64,000 bases of DNA from Ginglymostoma cirratum (lineage: Eukaryota): positions 31,917,940 to 31,981,939 of the forward strand of contig JAHRHZ010000046.1 of NCBI GenBank assembly GCA_024137785.1. Reading direction: 5' to 3'. Below are positions 24,882-37,854 of this stretch, piece by piece. The translations under genes and the position numbers were made by a program. The notes beneath the pieces are model-generated. The model ran no database searches, was not told where the DNA came from, and worked only from the letters and a program-made list of their open reading frames with translations. Position 1 is the first letter of the stretch. The number at the start of each line of letters is the position of its first letter.

Positions 24882-25656
24882 AACACCAATATTTTACAAA
24901 CACCAAATTCTAATGTCCTGCCTCCCAATCCACAAATACTCTACCCAACTTTTCAACACTAGTTCAATTAAATATACCACCTCACACTGAGCGACAGTGA
25001 AATCATCCTCACATCAGGTATAAATAACACAAAACAAATAGACAACTGGAGAAAACTGATAAATCCCATGGCCTGAAAGTATTAAAAAAATAGTGCTGGG
25101 GGCCATCTTTAAAAATTCTATGATTTCTGGAACGGTTCATTCAGATTGGAAGGTAGCAAATACAGCTCCACTTTTACAAAAGGAGGGAGAAAGAATAGAC
25201 CTGTTAGCTTGACATTGATAGTAAGGAAATGCTGGAATCTATTCTAACGGATATGATAATTGAACACTCAAAAAAGAATGATAGGATTGGGCAGAGACTG
25301 TATGAATTTATCAAAGAGTAATCATATTTAACAAACCTTTTGGAGCTTGTTAAAGGTGTGGTTCACAAATTGTTTGGGGAATTAGTGGATGTAGAAAGTT
25401 TGGATTCTCAGAAGGCATTCAATAAGATTTGACACAGGAGACGAGTAAACAAAATTGCAACACGTGATTGGAGTTATACAGCAGAATGAATTGAGAAATA
25501 ATTAATGGATAGAAAATGGAAAGTAGGAATCACATGAGATATTCTCAGGTTGACAGGCTGAAACTAGTAAGGTACCACAACAATCAACCCTTGGACCTTA
25601 GTTATTCACAATCTATATCAATTTGGGATGTAGGGGACCAAATGCATTATATTCTA

Positions 25657-26056
25657 NNNNNNNNNNNNNNNNNNNNNNNNNNNNNNNNNNNNNNNNNNNN
25701 NNNNNNNNNNNNNNNNNNNNNNNNNNNNNNNNNNNNNNNNNNNNNNNNNNNNNNNNNNNNNNNNNNNNNNNNNNNNNNNNNNNNNNNNNNNNNNNNNNNN
25801 NNNNNNNNNNNNNNNNNNNNNNNNNNNNNNNNNNNNNNNNNNNNNNNNNNNNNNNNNNNNNNNNNNNNNNNNNNNNNNNNNNNNNNNNNNNNNNNNNNNN
25901 NNNNNNNNNNNNNNNNNNNNNNNNNNNNNNNNNNNNNNNNNNNNNNNNNNNNNNNNNNNNNNNNNNNNNNNNNNNNNNNNNNNNNNNNNNNNNNNNNNNN
26001 NNNNNNNNNNNNNNNNNNNNNNNNNNNNNNNNNNNNNNNNNNNNNNNNNNNNNNNN
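25657..26056. other. Assembly gap (400 N)
   Basis: Run of N. The ORFs that span it are artefacts. Confidence 0.99.
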
Positions 26057-26143
26057 AAGGGTTTAGGCCCGAAACGTCAAGTTTTCCTGCTCCTATGATG
26101 CTGCTTGACCTGCTGTGTTCATCCAGCCCCATGCTTGTTATCC
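26057..26143 (+). mobile_element. 3' end of Penelope-type insertion (body lies in the gap)
   Basis: Identical to 19-104 over 86 nt. 14-bp TSD tgcattatattcta at 25643-25656 and 26144-26157. Confidence 0.8.
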
Positions 26144-29100
26144 TGCATTATATTCTAGTTTGCTATTGACACAAAATTAGGTGAGAATGAGAGTTGTAAA
26201 AAGGATGCAAAGAAATTTTAGATAAATGAGAAAGATTAAGAGATTCGGCGAGGTCATGGCAGATGGATTATTCTGTGGAATAATGTGAAGTTATCCATTA
26301 GGTTCTGAAATGAAGAAATGCTGAGTATTTCTTAAATGGTGAGAAATTGAGAAGTGTTGACATCCAAAGGGACTTTGGCATCCTTGTTCATAACTCAGTG
26401 AAAGTGAACATGGACAACAAACCTGAAGTACCATGTATAGTTTTGTTTCCTTACCTAAGGAGGGATATGCTGACACAGACAGAGTGCAACAAAGGTTCAT
26501 CAGACGGATTCTTTGGATGATGGGATTGTCCTATAAAGTGAGATTGAGGAGAACAGCCCTCTACTTAAGAGTCTAGAGGAGTGAGAGGTAATCTCATTGG
26601 TGCAGATCAAATTCTTATTGGGCTCAACGGGATAGATGCAGGAAGGATGTTTCTCCAGGCTGAAGGTGAATCTGGAAACCTTGGATACAATCTCAGAATA
26701 TGGGTCAGGCCATGAGGAGGAATTTCTTCATTCAGAGGACAGTGAACTTTTGGAATTCTCTACTCCAGAGGACTGTGGGGATCCAGCCATGGAGTATATT
26801 AAAAACAGATAGCGATAGGATTTTTAGATTAAAGATATCAAAGGATATGGGTATAGTGAGGGAAAATGGAATTAATTTGGTCAGCCATCATCTAGTTGAC
26901 TGATGAGCAGGCATGAAGGGCCAAGTGGTTTACTCATAAGTTCTTCTCTGTTAAATAAGTTCACAGCACTGGCTTCCATTCCCCTTTCCAAAAGTCAAGT
27001 TAATGCTTTGCTTATGTTTTGCATGAAGTATTTGCTGATATCATCTTAAATATTTCCTTTGCCAGTTTGAATCCGTACACTGTCACCAATTGCAAATGTT
27101 TACTTTGAAGTATAGATCCGCTAAATTTGCCTTTTATACTTTTTAATGTCTTCATACATGCTCAAAATTCTTCATCTGTTGTTTCCAAGAATGAAGACCC
27201 CAGTATTCTGTGGATTTTTCTTCATAAATACCTTCCTCCAATACTCAAGATAAGCCTGGTCCTTTTTTGTAATGCCTCCAGGGCTTTAATGGTTTCAGTT
27301 CAAAATCTTCTAACTTTTCCTGCTTTGATGGTTTACCACGATGGGTCAAAATTTCTATTTGATGTCACTTGGCAATGGTTCAGCAGATTAATTATTGAGT
27401 CTGTGAACATATATATAGCTGGATTTCAGCTTTACTGTTTGGGCTATGTATGGTGCCCTTTTTCTTCCAATATGCAATATCCTATACCTAAGTACTTTAA
27501 TGGATTGATTGTTGGGAAAATTGCACATCACGTTTAAGGCGGATAAGATGATAATTTAAGCAATTAAAGCAACAAAGTAGTAAGATTCTTAAGCAGCCTT
27601 ATGTTCCTCGGATCAGCATATCAAATTTCACTGTCCAAAAAAAATCTCAATTTAGTGTTGAACTTTTTTTTTAGCTCTAATTGGCCAATTTTCAGACCAG
27701 TCAGAGCATTATATATATTTCAAGAGGGAAAGAAAAACAAAACGAGTCAATTTTGTCCCAGAGCCAAGTTCAGAATATTGTTTGTTGGCCATCAGGAAGG
27801 AAACAGCAAGTGAAAACATTTTCCAGTAGGAGAGAACCATGATGATCCACAAATTGGCTAATTAAATGAGGTGTGGAGGTTACAAATACGATAACGCTAA
27901 TACTAACCTTTCCCGCTCTTCTGCAGCTATGTTCATGCTTGGGTATTGTTGAAGACAGAGCACACAATGTCCACCAATACTCCTAATGCCTTTAGGGAGA
28001 GGCAGGCAAAGCACAGAATACAGTGCTTTATCTCCCCATCCAATTACATTTTGATTGAGCCCCTCCCGTTCTCCCTACCTCTCCCTCACTTTTGATGGTT
28101 TGCATTGCCGTTAACAGAATTTACATGTAAATATCCAGTTAGCCACACGAGTGATTAACTGGATTGTAACTAGAAACATTAAAAGTGATGCCACAGTGAT
28201 TTGGTGATGGGAAGAAAAGCATTTGGTTGTGTATAAAAGAAACAAAACACTTACTTATCAATAGTAATGTGTGGTTTTACAACAAGGTGATGAGGAAGGA
28301 TTGGCTTCCCTGATATTAACTTCCTCTCGAACAGTCACTTAAATATTTTTATTTCTATTTTGGTGTATAGCTGTCACACTTCAATCAAAGCATCATCAAG
28401 TCAAAATGAATGAGCCAAATTAACAAGCCATGTGATTCCTGGGTGAAAGAGGGAGAAACCTTAGAATCTGCTACACCTCAAAAATTAAAAAAAACCCCAA
28501 ACATAGATATCACACTTAAAAAGAAAGGAGTGTTTCTAGTACAGAGAGGAAGATACAGACAATTGCATCTGCTTAGAATTATTGGGTCAGAATCCCATCT
28601 ACTTAGCTATTGTTTCCTTTCTTCAGCAGCGGTGAAGTCGGTAGATATCCTTGAATTTTCAGTGAACGGTTGTTTTTCCCAAGTTTCTTTTTCACTCGAC
28701 GCTGGCTTTGAGGTTGAGACGAACAAGGGGAGACAGATTTACAGTTTCTTCCCATTATTAATTCGTATTTCATGCTCTCCCTTGTTCCTCAAAAGCTGTT
28801 GGTTAAAAAGATGATCTTTAGCAGATTTTCGTGTTTGGAATCAGTGTTTTTTTTCAAAGCTGGATGATGTGTAGGTGACTATCATCTCAATAGGTAACTT
28901 TCAGAAAGTGTGACTCCATCAGGAGATACAAATCTAAATTTCAGTGACTACTATTGCAATGTTAACCTCAGCTCCGACTGATCCTTGTTTATTTTTGATC
29001 TCATGAGTTTGGCTTCATTGAGTGAGGTGATCACAGCAGCTATTTTTGGTCTGTATTTGTCCTTTTCAAAAATCACTAATCCTGGAAGATCTCAAGTATT

Positions 29101-29259
29101 AACATTAGATAATGGAGGTTGAAAATCAATAGTCCACGTTGACCATTATAATAACAGTGATTAAAAATAGAAATGCCCAGCCAAAGTGAAAAAAAATCCC
29201 AGTGAACACTTAATTCCTTATTAATAAGGTTAACTCTATGATCAGACTATAACATATAT

Positions 29260-29735
29260 GAGGACGACGACAACATTTGGGCATTGATTCTGCTGTGCCA
29301 TTCAACAAGTTTATGGCTGACATGAAAGGTTCAACTCCACTTTCCTGCCTTTTCCCATCAGCCTGGATTCTGTTATTGATTTTAAAAAACTGTCTATCTC
29401 AGCCTTGAATATACTGAACGACCCAACCTTAACAGCCCTCTGTGGTAAAGAATTCCACAGATTCTCTACCCTCAGAGGGAAGAAATGCTTCCTCATCTCT
29501 GTCCTATATGGGTGACTCCTTACTCTAAGATTATACAGTTCTGAGGAAGGGTCGCCAGACCCGAAACATTAATGCGGATTTCTTTTCACAGATGCTGCCA
29601 GACCTGCTGAGCTTTTCCAGCAATTTATATTTTTATGTCTAAGATTATACTGTTTGGTCCTAGACTCTCCTACAAAACGAGACAATCTATCTGTGTCTAT
29701 CCTGTCAAACCCCTTAAAAATCTTCTATGTTTCAA
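29260..29735 (-). mobile_element. CR1-type LINE 3' end
   Basis: ORF 29311-29496 MRKHFFPLRVENLWNSLPQRAV..FKAEIDSFL. Confidence 0.85.
29537..29637 (+). mobile_element. 101-bp Penelope-derived insertion carrying a hammerhead motif
   Basis: 13-bp TSD tctaagattatac (29524-29536, 29638-29650). Motif: CTGAGGA, GGGTC-gcca-GACCC, GAAA, CATT. Confidence 0.8.
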
Positions 29736-29744
29736 GATTCTTCG

Positions 29745-29862
29745 AATTCAAATATTAAATTTGAATATGCCATAGTGGGATTCAAACCCAGGTCTCCAGA
29801 ACATTACCTACTTCTCTAGATTAATAGTTCAGCTACAAAACCCCCAGGCCATTGCCGCCTCA
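29745..29862 (-). mobile_element. tRNA-derived SINE head fragment
   Basis: Minus strand gcaatggcct...ttaatctagag...acctgggtttgaatcccact, with a B-box-like GTTTGAATCC. Confidence 0.5.
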
Positions 29863-30318
29863 GCCTGAGAACAACCTGCTCAGTCACAATTATTCCAAGG
29901 ATATACCTGCAAACATTACATTGAAACTCCCTTTATAATGTCAGTTATCTTAAACCTTTGCCAGTGATAACTGAGGAGGAACAAATGAGAGGTCTAGAAT
30001 TTTGAGAGGCTGAATGCAACATCCCTGTTTTTGGAGGAGCCGTAATTGAAACATATTGTGGATGAACATCAAAATGCTATTTCGTTCAACATGCTTGAAC
30101 TTTTGTTGCTGGAATACGTTCATTCCATGTTCGAATCACAATGAAAAAGGAAATTTGTCTACAACCAAAATGCGGGAACATTGTTTTTCACAGATGCCCA
30201 ATTTCAACATCCACTTTCAGTGGAGCCCAATGGGCATTGTGATGAAAGGCCTGTCAAATATATCAAATTTTTGCAATTTAAATTTAAGAAAACAGGAAAA
30301 GTAGATGTGGATTGGTGC

Positions 30319-31177
30319 TGTGGAGGGATTTTTTGTTAAAAAGAAGAAGGGTCAGAAAACCATTCTGGAAAGTGTTTTAAATATACTAGTTCCAAGAAGA
30401 TGTGACTGACATCAAGAGTTTGTGTGAACCCCTGGAGTGTTAATGGAATCAAAGGATTATACTTGTGCGTTTATGACAGACAGTGTAAACACATCAAGCC
30501 ATTAATTCTGTGCTCAGTTCAGTCCACAAAACCCCAGAATTTTACTTGAGAAAAATTAAGAGTTGAATTCAGAAGTACGTTTGGTTTCTCTCATGGCAGG
30601 GTACAATTGAAAAGAGAACAGTTTCTTTCCAAGCAGGATTTAGTTCAGTTCACAGGAAGCCAGTCATTATAGCAGCAACAGAGTTTTTCTAGTTTGTGAA
30701 GCTTTCCAAGCTGGGAGAGTTTGAGATAGAAATCTTCAAATTGTAAAGATTCGACCATCAGAATTTTGAAAGGCTCAGAATCAAAGAGGAATCGTAATAT
30801 TGTCTCTACAGTTCTAGAAAAAGAAACTGGAAGGAGTCAAATAAGTAGAAACTTATAGAGTTGAGTTAGGAGCAAACTTTTTCTGAATTTGCATCTCTAT
30901 AATGAATAGTGTTAGGAAATAAGTTGTAACTTTATTTTAATGTTTGTATTAATATATTTCTGTCTATAATGCATATATAGTGTGGCTCGTGTGTTTTCTT
31001 TCTTTTGCGTAATGAATTTATGTTCAGCTGTTAACGAATCTCTGGAGCCTTGTGTGAATATGTTAATTGACTAAGCACCCATTAACTAACTTAAAACATT
31101 AACTTTATGATCTATCAAACCAAGTTCCATTCTGATATCTGATTTGCACAGTAGTGCCATTAGCTGACACCACAACA
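30319..31177 (+). mobile_element. Solo LTR-like element
   Basis: TG...CA ends (tgtggag...cacaaca) and LTR-like organisation. No clear TSD. Confidence 0.45.
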
Positions 31178-31209
31178 GCATGCTAGACTCACCTTCCAAC
31201 TGGTCATTT

Positions 31210-31850
31210 TATTAGAACGTCAGAAATTGATGTGAGAACAGACCACATGGCAGGCTTAAGGAGCATTCAATAAGATATGGTTGGACTTCTCTTCCCTGCC
31301 CTATCCCTATCCCTTTTTATTCCATTAATTCTGAAGAATTCAATCTGTCTTGAATGTATCATTGACTGAGTTGACAATGGCCTTTAGGGTCGAGAATTGC
31401 AAAGATTTTCAACCTCTCTCCTCCTTCAAGTCTGAAATGGTTGCCCTGTCAATATGAAATTTTGTTTGTTTTAGACTCTGCAGCCAGATGAAACAAGTTC
31501 TCAGCATCTACCCTGTCAACCTCTGTCAGAATTTTATACATTTCAATGAGGTAGTCTTGGATTCTTCTAAACTCTGCAGAATTTTGATCCAGTCAACTAA
31601 ATCTTCCTTCATAGGTAAGGTTACACAACCCCAATCAATCTAATGAAGCTGTACACAAACCCTCACAATTAAGTATATTCTTTTATCAGAAAGGAGACAA
31701 TGCACAGTTCTCCAGGCTAAAGCTTGATATGACTGTACTAAGACTGCCTTACGCAAATACTCCACCCCACTTGCATTAATGCTGAATACACCATTTGCCT
31801 TTATAATTGCATGCATGTTTAATTTCTGTTTTTATGTACAAGATCAATTT
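31210..31850 (-). mobile_element. Decayed CR1-type LINE 3' fragment
   Basis: Similar to 29260-29735 (gcatctaccctgtcaa..., ttcttctaaactc..., caccatttgcct). Confidence 0.65.
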
Positions 31851-33029
31851 TGGATAAGTACACTCAGACTGTATGGTTTAGGATCTGTCAAAATACCTGT
31901 AGGGCATCAGAACAGATATCCTGGCACAATATAAATGACAGGTCTTTTTCACATCTGTGAGATGATATGGGAAAATTACTCTGTGTAAGTAGATAAATCA
32001 CTGATGGGTGGAAATGTCATGCATAAATGTTTACGAGATTCGTTTCCGAACGATACAGGATAATAGAAACAGCAATAATAACACAGCAATAGTAATGGCC
32101 TCATCATGGTACAACTCAGAGCGGCACTGAATTTTTGTATCCTGCTGCACAGTCAGGTCCTTTACTTGAGTATTATTTTAAATCATCTTTGCTGACGATA
32201 ATGCCACAAATATTGGTCCATAGTTCAATACTGCATAGTTAATTTCATTTATTGATCTAGTCACATCTTTACGCATATTTCCAGGATATGATACATCACA
32301 ACTTTCCTTTGAAAATTTGCAAAGAGGTTTAATTTAAACTGATATGATGTGAAAACATTACCACCTTTGGTGCACTATTGTTTAATATGCTTTTTCCCTT
32401 CAAGTTCAAACAGCTAGGGTTGAAAACAGCAGAGAAATCAAAGTAGAGAAATTACTCATCAGAATAATATGACCTCTTACATTTTCTTCTGTAGTTTAAG
32501 CAGCTTCAGTGACACCTTTACCTGGAAACTGCAGCTTCCCTGAAAGATGTGTACTTACAAATGATGCTTTTTCTTACAGCAAGTTTGTGCGAAGGCAGGG
32601 TGGGGGAAATGGAGCAGTTGGTCCAGCAGCATTTGATCCAGAACTTCTCAGAATAGCAAGTGTGAGGAGCTATCAAAACGATTCCCAAAGGCTATGTCTC
32701 CCTGAGCTATAGAAATAAAGGAATTTCAAAAATCACAGCTTTATATAATGGCTTTCATGTCAACCAGATGTTTCAAAAGAACTGATTTGAACCTTTCTTG
32801 TTTGGTAGAAGCTAGGCAGACAGACAGTTAGCCTTGCCTAGGAAGTTACCTTTTCTTTCTCTTACTGCAAAGTTTAATTCTGAGCCTTCTCTCCTGGGCA
32901 GCTAGCAAGGCCACCAGCTAGGAACAGATCAGGCTATATTTTGTTCTTGGGATCCAGCTGCTTTGTTAAATGTAAACCCAAGTTTAAAAAAAGCAATTGT
33001 AGATTTGCGCCAAGTTCACTTAGAGAGAC

Positions 33030-33360
33030 CTGGAGTCAGATGCCACCTTTCAGATGAGAATGTAAATTCAGACTGCATCTGCCTTTCAGATACCTATAAA
33101 AGATGCTTGGCACTATTTTAATTATAATAGGGTAGTTAACTCTGGCATCTTGACTAATAATTATTCATCAAATCAACATCACAAAAAACAGATTATCTGA
33201 TTGTTATCTCATTAATGTTTGTGAGAGCTTGCTGTGCATCAATAAGTTGCCACATTTTCTGCATTACAACATTGATTACACTCCATAAAAATTACTTCAG
33301 GAAAGCATTATGAGACTTGCTGCAATTGTGAAAGGCAGGATATAAATGCAACTCTTTCAC
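33030..33360 (+). mobile_element. Deu-domain SINE fragment
   Basis: gatgccacctttcagatgagaatgtaaa...acagattatctg...gcttgctgtgca, as in 13960-14400. Confidence 0.7.
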
Positions 33361-34354
33361 TTTTTCTTTCTTCCATGTCACAATTCTTTGCCTCACAATT
33401 TACTTGAGCTGGCAGTTTGAAAAGTTGATTCAGTCCAGATTGGGATGTGGAAACTGAAGCAGCCTGCTTCAATTTACTGATATTAAGCCAAAGAAAATTA
33501 CAGCTTCTCCACGATTCAGTGGCTTATAGGGAATTGTACAGAGTAGTAAGATCTTTGGAATTGAAAGAGGAGATTGAGCAGTAGAATGAAGCACATACTG
33601 GCACAGGAGGCGATGTAATGTCAACAGTGTAAGTGTCAAAAATGGAACAATGAGAGATCAATGCCACAGAGATGGACATGAAAGAAAGCTCTTTCAGGAG
33701 AATTAAGTCTTCCAAAGTACAATACAGTGCAAAGGATGAGGGTGATAACAAGTAGTACAGAAAGCTGTCTTCATGGACACAAAATGTTTTTAAGAACTTT
33801 CCAGTGATTGTAAGGCTTTGTTGATAGCTTGTATTAAGAAACATTTGGCTTTGTATTGAAAACGTGACGTGGCGGGTTGTTGGGAGTTGAGGTTCGGAGA
33901 AACTTCTGAATTACTGTAACAGAGTTTGTGTTTCATTAGCAGACAGAGTCCAACATAATTAATTTGCTGGAATATTATTCAATGTATGTGAATTGAGAAG
34001 CCTGATTTCTAATTCCCTCGCACACATAACTAACCCCTGCACATTAAGAGCAGTATAATTACAAGCTTGAGGTTTTTCATTTGAAGGTGTAAGCTGCACC
34101 AGAGACAGATTTTATGAAGAGGTTCTCTGATCAGATTACTGATTTATGAAATTTGTTCATCCCACAACCAGATTGAAGACATTGTATATTATTAAGTGGT
34201 TATTTAAATGCTTGAGAAAACCAAAAGAGCAACAGTGAATGCAAACTGCAGTTGTTTAGCTGTCCATTACCATTAGTAAATGTGTACCTCACAGGTTTAA
34301 CTGGAGAAAACAGCTCCTAACTACAATTTTGATTTGTTAAAAAAGTTATTGCAT

Positions 34355-34790
34355 AGCATGTAGGTGTTGCTGCCGCCAATTATTTTGCTCATTCTAATTG
34401 CCCTTGTGATGGTGGTGGTGAGCTATCTTCTTGAACTGCAGCAGCCAATCTGGTATAGATGCACAAAGAGAATTCTGAATCAATGACCCAAGACTGTAAA
34501 ATAATGTTGACATCGTTCCAAACAGGGATGTTGTTAGACTTGAAGGGAAACTTGCAGGTAGTGTTGTTTCGATGCCTTTGTTACCCTTGACTTTCTAAGG
34601 TGCTGTCAAAAGGAGCCTTGGGAAGTTGCTGCAATGCATCTTGCCTATGGTACACACAAGTGCCACTGTGCCTTGGAGGATGGAATGAATGTTCATGTTG
34701 GCGGATGAGGTGTCAACCAAGCTGTGCTCGATTGTTTTGAGATTTTTGCAGCTGCTAGGTCCTGATTTAGTCAGCAAGGGAAGTATTCTT
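34355..34790 (-). mobile_element. LINE 3' UTR fragment (family of 20700-21510)
   Basis: taattgcccttgtgatggtggtggtgagct...cttgaactgcagcag. Confidence 0.65.
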
Positions 34791-36629
34791 TCCAAAGGAA
34801 GAAAACTGGTCCTGCTGAGATAATTTTGTAAAATCAAAATGGTAATTTAGCTAAAAATACTTTAAACAAAAATTTTACTCTAACTGTCGGCAATATTCCT
34901 TTCATGCACACACTTAAAGCATTTGAAGCCAGTCTGTTTCACTTCAGGAACGTTATTCATATTTATCCTTGAGCATCACCCCTGTTCTTTTCAATCTGCC
35001 TAGTGTCAGATAAGACTGATGCAATATTTTGTATTGCATCAATTTTAGTTATGTGTGGAGAGCCACATCATTTTCTAGGTCACTGCATCAATACTGCATT
35101 GAAATATTTTGTTCTATTTATCTTTTCAAGGTTTGTTAGGGTTACTGCAGCATCCTGTTATCACTGCTATAGCTGCGTTAGACACAAATCTCTTTTTCTG
35201 TTCTCAATATAATACTTGGAGATTTGATTCATGGAGACAAGAACCTGTTAAATCGTTTTGTACAGCTCTTGATTTCATGAACTGAAGTAAACTGATTAGC
35301 TGGCCATTGATATTTGTCTTGGGCTTGATCAAATGGGAAATGGGATTAGACTAAAAGGAAATGGGATTAGAACAGACAGCTCAAGTTGGAAAGCTACAAC
35401 TGACAAGAGGTACCGTAGACCGCAAAATCACAGGTTGTTCTAAGAATTCTATGATGCAAAATCAGATTAGTGTTCATTCCTGAAACAGAATTTTAGTTGA
35501 TTGCATTCTCACTATTATTATATAATTTTTTATACAATTAAATAACTCATGCATATCCGTCACAAGTTTTAACTTACAGCTCAGGGTGCAGACCAAACCA
35601 GTTCTAGATTATTAATGAAGGTTTTCTGCCATGTATTATTTTCAAAAGAGACATAAAACCGTGTGAAATTCTGTAAGGTAATTGAGAAAGGAAATAAAAA
35701 AAAGTGAAGGAACACAAATCAGAAGTATAAAGTAATATAATACAGATAAAATTTCAATTATCACAAAAACAAAGTAATGTATTAAATAAAAACAAAAGTC
35801 AGATTATAAAAATGTTAATAGTGTATTAGATTTTGTACAGCTGTAGAATTGTACAGCATGAAGAGGGGCTGGATGGCCCAGTACCAGTATCAGTACCAGC
35901 TCTGTGAATGAGCTATCTTTTCAAAAAAGTCTTTTTCAAATATTTATCAACTGCATTTTAAAAGCTATATAAATTCTGTGTACTTCACTGTTTCAAGTGA
36001 GGTAATTGCTGTTCAAAACAGTGTTTTGAAAACAGAAAATTTAAAAAGTTCTACATTCCTTGTTTCATTCTTTTGTTAGTCTTAAGTTAATGTCTTTTTG
36101 TCAGTGATACATTTTCTGGTTCTAATTCCTGGTACACTCTTCCTCTCACATTTTATACCCTTTTCTGTCACCCTTCAATTATCGTTGACCTTTTCACTAC
36201 CTGCACCATTGTTCATTTGTTTCTTTTAGATTTTTTAAACTTCCCTTCAAGTGAACCCTCTCTCCCAACTAATTAGTTTAAAGTCTGACCTATGACCTTA
36301 TTCATACGATTTGCCAGAGCATGGTTCAAATGAAGTCTGTCCTGATGGGCCTCTCTTACCCCAATACTGATACTAGTACTTGGAGACCTCTTCCCAGGTT
36401 TCTACTTTTGGTAGCATTTTTTGAGTCCCCAAGTTGTTAAATCCCAAGGCATCACACTTACTGAGCATTTCCATCATTTCTCCTTTATTCTTCATGAGAT
36501 TTCCTTGTTCATGTGTGCCTTTTCATTAAGCATTCCTTTACTTTTTATGTGCTCGATGCTGCTCTCGCCTGTAATCTGCAGTCATAGCCTCTCTCCTCCT
36601 GTTTTCATTTTGTGATTGTTAACCTTCAA

Positions 36630-36870
36630 TCAGTGGCAGCACTCCTGGCTTCTGAGCAGAAGGTCATGGTTCAAATGCTGTTCCACATCATTTGAGCTGT
36701 CACTTTGAACATCATTGAGGGGCACTGCATTGCTAGAAGTGTCATCATTTGGATGCAATGTCAAGCTGACATCCCATCCGCCTGCTCAGGTAGACAAAAA
36801 AAAAAATCCACAGCATATTTCAAAACGCAGACAGCTTCAACCAATGTCACTGTCTTGGATAATAAGTATT
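36630..36870 (+). mobile_element. Deu-domain SINE fragment
   Basis: cagtggcagcactcctggcttctgag...ggttcaaat...ggcactgcattgctagaagtgtcatc. Confidence 0.55.
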
Positions 36871-37550
36871 AAATATTTGTCAATTCAGCATTCACAGAGG
36901 ATCCCATGTTCCTTGTTAATCCATGTCCCACTCTGATATATGCTCACCCACTCCCCTTCATCACTAATTCACTTTGACACTAGCAAGACCATGTCCTGAA
37001 ATATATAAGTCTAGAATCCTTCAGCCTCCTCAGCGAAAATGTATCAGCATCTAATCCTGAAGCTTAGCAATTTGAAATTTGAACACAAGCTGTTGCAGAT
37101 GCTTTATGCATGTATTCAAAACACACAGGGCCTCACCCATCATGCAGAAATCTTGCTTCACACTTTTCAACTTCCCCTGAATCTAAATGAAATTGTTTTT
37201 ACCTTAGAGACTGAAGCCCACAAAGAATAATTTTCAATGAACACTGTTAGAAGATTAAAGTCAGATTTAAAATCTCTGCAAAGCAGAATTCTATATCTCT
37301 TAGCCCTTTCTACTTCACTGCTCAAACTATTAATTTGCTATCAACCAATATTGAACAATAATCTAACTGATATAGGTAGGCCGCAGCCAATTAAATAATA
37401 ACTAATTGGATCACCTACGTCAGTGGTTTCCAACCAGCGTGCTGTGGCAAGGTGAGAAATATGCTGCAGAATGTTTGGGAAGCAGCACCAGTTTACATGG
37501 TAACACAGTGTGGAGCTGGAGAAGCATAGCAGGCATCAGAGAAGCAGGAA

Positions 37551-37586
37551 AGTTGACGTTTCGGGTTGGGACCCTTCTTCAGAAGC
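37551..37586 (-). ncRNA. Minimal type I hammerhead motif within a Penelope-derived fragment (37501-37625)
   Basis: Minus strand gcttCTGAAGAa-GGGT-ccca-ACCC-GAAAcgTC-aact. Core, helix II and GUC triplet are intact; helix I has one mismatch. Confidence 0.6.
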
Positions 37587-37854
37587 TCTTCTCTGACTCC
37601 AGCATCAACAGTTCTTATTATCTCTGAGTGAGTTATAACACTACTTTACGTGAACTTTGAGTCTGTGTCTGTGCTTCTGATCTCTTCCTCCAGATTATTA
37701 AAGGCTGTACCCACTGACAGCAGGCAGTCCTATCCTCTGCGTATGCGTAAGCCTCCAGTGCTGTGCACGTGTAGACCTTCAATACCACCCATGCACCATA
37801 CAGATATTCAGCACCACATGTATGTGGCCATTCATCTGTGCTGTAGAATTGTTA

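Larger units (their letters stand above)
25045..26945 (+). mobile_element. CR1-type LINE ORF2 3' half, interrupted by a Penelope-type insertion and the assembly gap
   Basis: KSHGL, DWKVANT, RPVSLT, LDSQKAF motifs. TKCIIF*FAIDTKLG is collinear across the insertion once one TSD copy is removed. RRNFFIQRTVNFWNSL in the 3' part. Confidence 0.85.

Noticed and set aside
25516-26169. Long ORFs (147-217 aa) in the ORF track
   Set aside because: They are open only because they run through the 400-N gap.
28410-28814. 134-aa ORF and similar 60-160 aa ORFs outside the named elements
   Set aside because: No recognisable domains or consistent exon structure. They are compatible with chance ORFs or antisense frames of repeats.
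32580-32640. GWGKWSSWS thrombospondin-like peptide after a plus-strand acceptor
   Set aside because: A stop codon follows almost at once, the TSP1 cysteines are missing, and there are no partner exons.
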